Source of the DNA: Myxococcota bacterium | GTDB taxonomy: Bacteria; Myxococcota_A; SURF-8 | Length of the DNA stretch: 64,000 nucleotides | Direction of reading: 5' to 3' | NCBI GenBank assembly: GCA_965140415.1 | Contig: OZ223209.1 | Coordinates: 5,120,001 to 5,184,000 of the forward strand | Shown: piece after piece, positions 38,289 to 45,566 of the stretch | Position numbering within the stretch: the stretch's first letter is position 1 | How the letters are laid out: every line of letters starts with the position of its first letter | Program-made: the position numbers and the translations under genes | The notes under the pieces: model-generated | What the model was told of the DNA's origin: nothing | The model's database searches: none | The model's input: only the letters and a program-made list of their open reading frames with translations

Positions 38289-39694
38289 GGCAACAACCTC
38301 CTGACCGAAAGAAATTCCTCGAAACGTTCGCGCGTCGCCTCCCAGGATTCCACCCGGTCGTCAAAGGCGTCCGCGTACATGATGTGTGTGGGATAACCGG
38401 CCCGTTCGGTATCGCGGGCGAAAAGCTTTAGCATTCCCCAGGTGTTGCGGCAACCGGGCGTGCCGTTGTATACAATCAGATCCGCGCTGTACATCTTGGC
38501 CAGCGCAAGCGAATCTTCCAGCCACATGTCGCGGGCGTCGTAAGGACCGCGAATCGACTTGACCATCGGCATACGCGAATTCAACCGCGCCAGGCTGTCG
38601 ATCATACGATCCAGATCGCCCATGTCGATGCTGTAGGTGGCGTCTTCCCTGCCTGTTTCGACGGCATAGGCGGAATGAGGCGCCCAATGCTTGCTTAAAA
38701 TGTTTCCCTGTGAGGCGATACCCAATTCGTCCAGCATCTTCCACAATTTCAGATGCTGGGTGTAATGATCGATGTAACAGAAAAACGCCCGCAGGTTTTC
38801 CTTGCCATGCTTCAAGCCGCACAGGTTGTGCTCCGCGTTGTGCTTGGCCACTTTTAACATCGACTCCAGCAGCGTGGTGCATTCCTTCATCCCGGCAAAG
38901 AGAAAGCGCGCGACGTACATCATGAAATTAAAGGTCACCGGCAGCGGCGTTGGCACCAGCCGCGCGAATTCCTCCAGCTCCATGATGATTTCATCCTGGT
39001 ACTGCACTTCCTCCAGGATTCCTTTCAACCGGTCGGCATCCAGCTTTTTGCCGGTGTTCTCTTCCAGAAAACGGATCAGCGCCCGGTAATCCTCGCGGTG
39101 ATACTCGTCGTTGCGCTCGCCGATCAACTCCGGGGGAAAATCGAGTTGGAAAAAGGGTTTCTTTAAATACGCGGCGGTAAAGGAAAAGGCGTTGGCGTTG
39201 GTGTCGCACACGCCGGGTGTATCGGTGACGATCATGTCGATTTCATGCCCGATGCCTGCCAGATAGCCGCCCAGTGCGCCGCGCTGCGAGGAGCAGGAGG
39301 TTTCCGTAAAACCCAATTCGTTGCAGTAATCCAGAAATTCCGCCGTGCCGCGCGGGTAGGTAAGCGTCATGACGCCGCTCATAACTTCCAGGCAGACCGG
39401 TACGATATCCATGGCGTATAATAAGGAAGGCGAAAAGCAGAAGGTGGTGATGGCGCGCTTCTGGCCTCTTTCGTGGGCGAACACGATGTTCTCGAAATAT
39501 TTTGCGCAGACATCGATGAACTTCTGCCCCGGCTCGCCGGTATCGAAGACGGCTTCAATGATGCCTCGGAAGTAGGGCAGGTATTTCAACGACGTCTGAT
39601 ACTCCTTCAAGGAGCCGCTCTTTAAGCGTGCGCCCGCCGCGAAGGTGGAATAGAGCATCCAGTCGAAGGGATATTCCCGAGTTGCATTTCTCAT
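38285..39694 (-). CDS. 2-hydroxyacyl-CoA dehydratase/benzoyl-CoA reductase family subunit (large)
   Basis: ETSCSSQ, GVCD, FLEENTGKKLD, GCRN; ATGA-type overlaps with neighbours. Confidence 0.85.
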   Translation of the reverse strand: MRNATREYPFDWMLYSTFAAGARLKSGSLKEYQTSLKYLPYFRGIIEAVFDTGEPGQKFIDVCAKYFENIVFAHERGQKRAITTFCFSPSLLYAMDIVPVCLEVMSGVMTLTYPRGTAEFLDYCNELGFTETSCSSQRGALGGYLAGIGHEIDMIVTDTPGVCDTNANAFSFTAAYLKKPFFQLDFPPELIGERNDEYHREDYRALIRFLEENTGKKLDADRLKGILEEVQYQDEIIMELEEFARLVPTPLPVTFNFMMYVARFLFAGMKECTTLLESMLKVAKHNAEHNLCGLKHGKENLRAFFCYIDHYTQHLKLWKMLDELGIASQGNILSKHWAPHSAYAVETGREDATYSIDMGDLDRMIDSLARLNSRMPMVKSIRGPYDARDMWLEDSLALAKMYSADLIVYNGTPGCRNTWGMLKLFARDTERAGYPTHIMYADAFDDRVESWEATRERFEEFLSVRRLLP

Positions 39695-40845
39695 GAGCGT
39701 CCCTCCCGATGTTTTGCGATCTTTTCCAAAAAGGCGTCGAGACGAATTTTCAGCCGTCCCTTTTCCACCAGCGGCCCGTACTCGCGCTCGATGCGTAGGC
39801 AGGGGATGCCCTCCGCCTCCAGGTCGCGGTCGAACAGGCCGTTTTCCGCGCCGTGAATGTCGCAGAAACGGATATTCTGCAACACCACGCCTTCCACCGC
39901 ACCGCGCCGGATCTTTTCGCGCAGCAATTCCAATCGGTTTTCATATTGCCCGTACATACGCGGGCATTCGTTTTTGGCCAGGTAGTGACTGGCCAGGGTC
40001 TGCACCGGATCGTCTGATACATCTACCGCTTGTAATTGGGAACGCGGTCCGAAGCAGAGGTTATCCGCCACGACCCGCGCGCTTTCGCCTTCAACCAGCC
40101 GCACCAGCTCGACATCATCGTTGGCGCTGCCCACCAGCATCAGGCGAATGCGCCCGTCCTTCGTTTCCTTGCGATTTTCAAATTCTTTCAGTAGCGCCGC
40201 CAGCCGTTCGTTGTAGGCCTCGCGCGGCATCGTCGATGCCGCCAGCACCACAGCCAGCGCCGTTGCGCCGTCGATGGGAGCATCCGGGGAAAGGCGCAGT
40301 TCGTCGAACTGTCGCAGCAATTCCCGTCCCCGGTTGTACAGCTCGATCGACTTCAGCAGTTTGTCATCGGTAAGCGTGACGCCGAAATGCGTTTGCAGTG
40401 CATCGATCAGGCGATGAATTTCATCGCTGAACCATTTCAGGGTGTAGTCGGAGAACTTGTGCGGTACGCCGAAATGAAAGAAGAATCGCGGTACGATACC
40501 GTCGATGTCATCTCCCGCCTTGCGCCAGCATTCATCCAGCCGCCGCATGGAGTCGCAACCGGGAGTGATGATCGCGCCGTCCAAAAAGCTCAGGCGGCCT
40601 TCCCCGGCCAGTTGCAGGAAATGCTTGGGCATGCTGCAAATGAAGGGACCGAAGTAGGTGTCGCCGATGCTGCACTCCTGCGCCTCATGCCCACGCAGGC
40701 GGTACGGCAGGATTCCGGCGGCGTGAAAGATTTCATCCGGCAGATACGAGCAGGTGTAGCCGACGATCTTTTTGCCTGCGCTCTTCCACTCGTCGAGAAA
40801 GGGATTGTGCAGCCGGTTGGCGCTGTGTATCCAGTCGTGAGTCAT
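39691..40845 (-). CDS. 2-hydroxyacyl-CoA dehydratase/benzoyl-CoA reductase family subunit (small)
   Basis: GYTCSYLP.EI.HAAG, CDSMRR, DNLCFG, FCDIH, RLDAFLE. Confidence 0.88.
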   Translation of the reverse strand: MTHDWIHSANRLHNPFLDEWKSAGKKIVGYTCSYLPDEIFHAAGILPYRLRGHEAQECSIGDTYFGPFICSMPKHFLQLAGEGRLSFLDGAIITPGCDSMRRLDECWRKAGDDIDGIVPRFFFHFGVPHKFSDYTLKWFSDEIHRLIDALQTHFGVTLTDDKLLKSIELYNRGRELLRQFDELRLSPDAPIDGATALAVVLAASTMPREAYNERLAALLKEFENRKETKDGRIRLMLVGSANDDVELVRLVEGESARVVADNLCFGPRSQLQAVDVSDDPVQTLASHYLAKNECPRMYGQYENRLELLREKIRRGAVEGVVLQNIRFCDIHGAENGLFDRDLEAEGIPCLRIEREYGPLVEKGRLKIRLDAFLEKIAKHREGRS

Positions 40846-42317
40846 GCCGCTTCCTCCGTCGTCGCCAAAGCCCGGCGCAATTGATCAAGCGCCTCGGTCA
40901 ATTCCCCGTTTTCCCGTTCCTTTGCCTGCCGGATCGACTGCGCCAGCGTGTGGACCAGCGGCGGCAGCAGATCGGCGGCAAGCGGTTCAATGGCGCGGTT
41001 GAATTCTTCGCCCAGCGTGCGCAACAGCTCTGCCAGTTCCATCGGATCGAGGGCGTTAACAAACTGTCCCAGCGTTTCATTCAATAATTCCGGCTGCCGT
41101 TCGCGCATGCGGTTTAGGAGCGACATGGCGCGATTGAGCGTGTCCGCAGCCTGCTGCGGGTCGATACCATCCATTCCCTGTTGAATCTGCTGCGCCAGTT
41201 CGTCATCGGAGAAGCAGCGCTCCAGGCTGTCGATGCGCCTTGCCATGCGGCGCGCGCCGATACTCTGCCTTTTAAAGCGCGCCTCGATTTCTTCCTGCAA
41301 CAACTCCGGGTGAGTTTCCATTTGCTCATCTAACAGTTGCTCCAGCCGTTCGCCCTGTTCACGTAACAGGCCACGCACCTTCACCAGCAGTGTGACATCC
41401 ATTTCCGCCAGCATGCGTTCGAACAGGCCGGAAGCGTCCTGTACCAGCTTGGAGTTACCGGGCTTGCTGATCAGTTCGCTGCCCGTGCTCAGTTTGCGCA
41501 ACAGTTCAAGGACTTCGTTTGCGAGCTTACCGACATGCTCCGCATCAAGTTCGCGTAACAACTCCGAAAGCACATCCGCCGCCAGATCGGGTGGAAGCTG
41601 ATTGATCGGAATCAGGGTCTGCTCCAGGCTTTTGATTCCGGTATTGACCGCCACCGGCAGTGTGGAAAAGAGACAGATCATCTTTGCCGGATAGCGCCAG
41701 AGTTGTTCGTTGACCGTTTTGGTCAGATCGACCAGGTCGTCACCTGTTTGCTCGGCGCGTTGCTTGAGCTCACCGTAATCGACGTGCCCGATCCAGTTTT
41801 CGATGGCGGGTTTCAGCTTTTCCGAGAGCGGTGATTCCGTGTTTTGATGCATGCTGTTGGCTTGTTGCAGAATGTCGCTAAGAAGCGTTCCCGCCCGCGC
41901 CGTATCAATGCGCGAGAGCAGATCACTGAAGCCGGTGGTCTTTTTGCCATCGGCGACATTCCCTTCGTGCAGTGCCTGCGCGGCCTCAAGCCCACTGTTG
42001 ATCCATAACGGGATTCCCTGCATCAGCTGCTGTGCATGCTCGGGTTGACGCAACACCTCCTGCACCGCCGGGGCGGAGAAATCCTTTTCCGGCTTGAACA
42101 GCAGGGTCAAGAACCAACTCAGCAGTGTGGCGATGGCACCTTTCACGCGCCCGTCGCCAGCCCAGTCATGCAGCATGGCAAGCAAGGTTTCCCGCAGACG
42201 CCGGTTGACTTCGCGCGTGCGCAATAAGGCCGCCAGCAGATCGGGCTGCTCCTCTTTGCTGCCGGCTGCGGCTTTATCCTGCCCGGGAATGCGGTTCGTT
42301 CTCTGGCTCGATTCCAT
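40842..42317 (-). CDS. Hypothetical, probably all-helical protein
   Basis: 491-aa ORF with GGGAG RBS, overlapping the start of the next gene. Confidence 0.8.
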   Translation of the reverse strand: MESSQRTNRIPGQDKAAAGSKEEQPDLLAALLRTREVNRRLRETLLAMLHDWAGDGRVKGAIATLLSWFLTLLFKPEKDFSAPAVQEVLRQPEHAQQLMQGIPLWINSGLEAAQALHEGNVADGKKTTGFSDLLSRIDTARAGTLLSDILQQANSMHQNTESPLSEKLKPAIENWIGHVDYGELKQRAEQTGDDLVDLTKTVNEQLWRYPAKMICLFSTLPVAVNTGIKSLEQTLIPINQLPPDLAADVLSELLRELDAEHVGKLANEVLELLRKLSTGSELISKPGNSKLVQDASGLFERMLAEMDVTLLVKVRGLLREQGERLEQLLDEQMETHPELLQEEIEARFKRQSIGARRMARRIDSLERCFSDDELAQQIQQGMDGIDPQQAADTLNRAMSLLNRMRERQPELLNETLGQFVNALDPMELAELLRTLGEEFNRAIEPLAADLLPPLVHTLAQSIRQAKERENGELTEALDQLRRALATTEEAA

Positions 42318-42399
42318 CGGATACTCCCTTATTCGTCGTCACTTATTCTCGGCAATCCATGTTGCCACCCTTATGGGTGGCCGGTTTCTTTAAGCTTTT

Positions 42400-42424
42400 C
42401 GGCGGGCTCACACCTCGCCGCTAC
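42400..42424 (-). repeat. GTAG-type REP-like palindrome
   Basis: GTAG-cggcg...cgccg on the minus strand; similar element at 44719-44743. Confidence 0.55.
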
Positions 42425-42463
42425 AAAAAGGCATCTGCTTTGCCATCCATATAATTAGCTGCT

Positions 42464-43051
42464 CTACGCGGATTTTGTTTTTTCACTGTTCTGCTCACTG
42501 TCCGCCATCAATAACGGTGCAATCGCCTTCAAGCGTTCCACGGCGGTGGCGAAGGAAAAACGCCCCGGCGTCAACATGCTGTGAACGGTTGCACCCAGCA
42601 GATAAATGAAAACCATCTCCGCCTCTTCGCGTCCCACGCTCAGGCTATCGATAATCGTTTCCTTGAAGGCTTCGCCGTAACCGAACAGCACGTCCTCTGA
42701 AGCGTGCGGACTGTTGCGCAGCAGATCCAGGCTCAGCGCCAGGTGGCTTAGATAGTCCTGCTGGCTGCGCTGTAAAAACGCGGTCATGCGATCCAGCTTT
42801 TCCGGTAACACCACATCCTCCGGCGTGGTTTTGTGGTATTCGCCGATGTTGCGCTCCGCCGCCCAGGCGAACATCTGCTCCAGAATGGTGATCTTGTTCG
42901 GGAAGTAATGATACAGCGTGCCGGTGGACACGCCGATGGTCTTGGCGATTTCCCGCATCGTCACATTGCTGTAGCCCTTGCTGCAAAACAGCGCGAAACA
43001 GCTTTCCAGTAATTCTTTGCGGTATTCATCGTGATCGACGGTCTTGGGCAT
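42464..43051 (-). CDS. TetR/AcrR-family regulator
   Basis: GYSNVTMREIAKTIGVSTGTLYHYFPNK. Confidence 0.93.
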   Translation of the reverse strand: MPKTVDHDEYRKELLESCFALFCSKGYSNVTMREIAKTIGVSTGTLYHYFPNKITILEQMFAWAAERNIGEYHKTTPEDVVLPEKLDRMTAFLQRSQQDYLSHLALSLDLLRNSPHASEDVLFGYGEAFKETIIDSLSVGREEAEMVFIYLLGATVHSMLTPGRFSFATAVERLKAIAPLLMADSEQNSEKTKSA

Positions 43052-43075
43052 CGTGCTACTCCCTGCGTTAGCAAT

Positions 43076-44437
43076 TTATTCCGTCGCCTGTACTGCGGCC
43101 TGCATCGGCTGCACCCGATTTTCCATGCTGCTGGAAACGCCGTCTTGGGCCATCAAATGCCGCCCCAGGTATTTTCCCAAACTCAAAATGGCCATGGTCG
43201 GCGGCAGTCCCCAGGCTTCGGGAATGACAGAGCAGTCGCAGACGTAGAGGTTGTCGAAGCGGGTTTGCAGCCTGGCATCAACGATCTCCCCAATTTTCGC
43301 CGTACCACCGGGATGGGCGGCGAAGGTCCAGGTCTTGTAGATGCTGCTCGCTCCTGCGGCTTTCAATACCTTCTTGGCATTCTCATAGCCGTGCAACAGC
43401 TTGTCTTTGTCTTCTTTGATCAGCTTCTTGCGCACACCGCCGCCATCGGTCAGATATCCGCCCAGGGTATCCTTGGCCTTGATCATGATGCGCGCCGTAT
43501 GACCGAAAGCGAACATCTTGTCGAAGCGCAGCACCTGCGCCGAAAAGAGCAGATGCGTCATGGGCTTGACCGGCATGTCGGTCATCAGATAGCCCTCGTC
43601 CTGCATGTGCAATCCTGCCGACATCGGGATCTCGTTGGCCTGCGTGCGCACATCTTTAATGGTGCCGCAAACAGTGATCAGCGGATCGAAAAAGAAATTG
43701 CGCCCTGCTTCTTCTATGCCGGACTGGCGCAGGATAACCGGCGTGCCGATGCCTCCGGCGGCCAGCACGATACGCTCGGCATTAACGGTATAGGTTTCCC
43801 CCTTGCGCTGAAATTCCACCCCGACTGCCTGCTCGCCTTCCACCAACACCCGCAGCACTTTGGCGTGATTCAGCAGCACGGCCCCATTGGCGACGGCTTC
43901 TTCCACAAACAGGCGCGCCGTCCACTTGACGCGATTGGGATCTCCGTAGTAGCCGAAGGGGAATTCCGGCTGCCAGCGATCCTGATCCATGAATTTCTTT
44001 AGCTTGCTCCAACCGAAACCGGCCTCTTGCGCCGCATCCATCAGGCGGCTGGCCATCGGCGTCATCATTTCGTCTTTGAGTTCTCCGATGGGCAGTTCGG
44101 CTTGCGCGCGCCGGAGATCGTCTGCCAGCTCGACTCCGTACTTGCGGAACATCTCCATGGGAGGTTCAAAGCAGGTGCCGTAATAAAACACCGAGCTGCC
44201 GCCGGTGGTGATGCCGCGCACCATGGCCAGCAGTTGGCGAGTCAACAGCAGGCTTTTACCGGGAATCAGCAGCTGCGTCAGGTAGTTGTAAACGCGGGAC
44301 TTGTGATCGTCGGGCGGGCCCCACTCCAGCATCAAGACGCGCTTTCCGGCTTTGGCCATGTCCTTGGCGACACTCGCCCCGCCGGGACCGGTACCCACTA
44401 CAATCAGGTCTACCCCGCTGAAATCATTAAGATTCAT
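43076..44437 (-). CDS. GMC-family FAD oxidoreductase
   Basis: GTGPGG, LAAGGIGTP..L..SGI, AHPGGT, NLYVCDCSVIP, PPT. Start placed at ATG 44437. Confidence 0.88.
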   Translation of the reverse strand: MNLNDFSGVDLIVVGTGPGGASVAKDMAKAGKRVLMLEWGPPDDHKSRVYNYLTQLLIPGKSLLLTRQLLAMVRGITTGGSSVFYYGTCFEPPMEMFRKYGVELADDLRRAQAELPIGELKDEMMTPMASRLMDAAQEAGFGWSKLKKFMDQDRWQPEFPFGYYGDPNRVKWTARLFVEEAVANGAVLLNHAKVLRVLVEGEQAVGVEFQRKGETYTVNAERIVLAAGGIGTPVILRQSGIEEAGRNFFFDPLITVCGTIKDVRTQANEIPMSAGLHMQDEGYLMTDMPVKPMTHLLFSAQVLRFDKMFAFGHTARIMIKAKDTLGGYLTDGGGVRKKLIKEDKDKLLHGYENAKKVLKAAGASSIYKTWTFAAHPGGTAKIGEIVDARLQTRFDNLYVCDCSVIPEAWGLPPTMAILSLGKYLGRHLMAQDGVSSSMENRVQPMQAAVQATE

Positions 44438-44464
44438 CGCTGACCTTCGCTTTCGCAATTATTT

Positions 44465-44512
44465 TATATCGAACGTTCGTTATATATTGCAGCAAGAAAG
44501 GGCAGTTGTCAA
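44465..44512 (-). promoter_or_regulatory. Promoter with putative TetR operator
   Basis: Palindrome TATAT-CGAACGTTCG-TTATA (44465-44484) downstream of a minus-strand TTGACA (44507-44512). Confidence 0.65.
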
Positions 44513-44597
44513 CAGAGAAATTACTTTTTAGTGGAGGAGTGGAATTGTTAATTGGGATCAGGATTTTTGTCGGACTAATACCAGTCTAGTGATTTCA

Positions 44598-44684
44598 GGG
44601 TGGCGCGGGCTAAACCGCAGGTTTGCCCGTGTTCGAGAGTCACATGGGCAAGCTCCGCTTTACTCCGCTCTGCTCATGCTACAC
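44598..44684 (+). repeat. ~90-bp palindromic repeat, copy B
   Basis: gggtggcgcgggctaaaccgcaggtttgcccgtg...catgggcaagct...tccgct aligns with 35083-35171. Confidence 0.65.
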
Positions 44685-44718
44685 GCCGTGTGTAACCTAA
44701 TGAAAAGACAAATAAAAA

Positions 44719-44743
44719 CGGCGGGATTACGCTCCGCCGCTAC
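44719..44743 (-). repeat. GTAG-type REP-like palindrome
   Basis: cggcgggattacgctccgccg-ctac. Confidence 0.55.
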
Positions 44744-44784
44744 AGGAATGACAACGCAATTACAATGCTCAATTCTGCAAACCG

Positions 44785-45279
44785 CTACTTCTTCTTCTTT
44801 GGTACCCAGGCCCAGGTCATTTCACAAATAACCGGCTCCACACCAACGGAATCGGTGAGTGTTACCGGCACGACGACTTCTCCTTTGGGGTCGTTGCGGA
44901 TGGCGGCCAGTTGCTCCTCGCTTAACGTCGCGACGGCTTTGAAATCCCCGGTGGAGCGTTTCACGAAATTGAGCTTCATGCTCTTCATCAACGGCAGCGC
45001 CGAGTCGGGCAGGTTCCAGCCGACGACCAGCCCGGTAGTCGTTTCCGCCAGTAGACACATGGCCGAGGCATGGACTTGTTTCAGGTGATTCTGTGCCTTT
45101 CTACGATTTTTCAGGCTACATTCAACTTTGCGTTCTTCCAGCACGTCGATTGTGACCCCGGCGGTGCTCATGAAGGGCACTTTCAGGCCGAAGGCAAACG
45201 AAAAAGCCGGAACGCGCATGTTCTTGGGCAGAAAGCTGAATTTGTCCAATACACGAGTAAGCTGGTTGGAAAAGGACAC
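44785..45279 (-). CDS. Hotdog-fold thioesterase-like protein (DUF4442-like)
   Basis: QNHLKQVHASAMCLLAETTTG, typical of a PaaI-like hotdog fold; GTG start after AGGAG. Confidence 0.82.
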   Translation of the reverse strand: MSFSNQLTRVLDKFSFLPKNMRVPAFSFAFGLKVPFMSTAGVTIDVLEERKVECSLKNRRKAQNHLKQVHASAMCLLAETTTGLVVGWNLPDSALPLMKSMKLNFVKRSTGDFKAVATLSEEQLAAIRNDPKGEVVVPVTLTDSVGVEPVICEMTWAWVPKKKK

Positions 45280-45408
45280 GGAATCTCTCCTGAGTTGTCG
45301 TGATTTTCAATATCTGATTTCCGCCCTCGAAACTACACCAACTCTGCGAGAGATACAAAAGAAAAAGGAACCTGGTTTGGTTGATCACAAAACTCACAAT
45401 CGTGACAG

Positions 45409-45460
45409 AATATGGACAATTAAAAATAAATAGAAAATAATCTGGAAAAAATATGGAATT
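45409..45460 (+). promoter_or_regulatory. Putative CarH/LitR-type 11-bp direct repeats
   Basis: aatatggacaa (45409), aatctggaaaa (45439), aatatggaatt (45450); same motif at 49951-49972. Confidence 0.5.
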
Positions 45461-45566
45461 TTAAAAACAGAAGAGTTGTCTCTATTCATAACAAACAGAC
45501 GCAGTCGCCTTTTTATGGCGGCGAAATCTTTAAATTGGGACTTGGGAGACGAAAAGGAGAAAGAGT

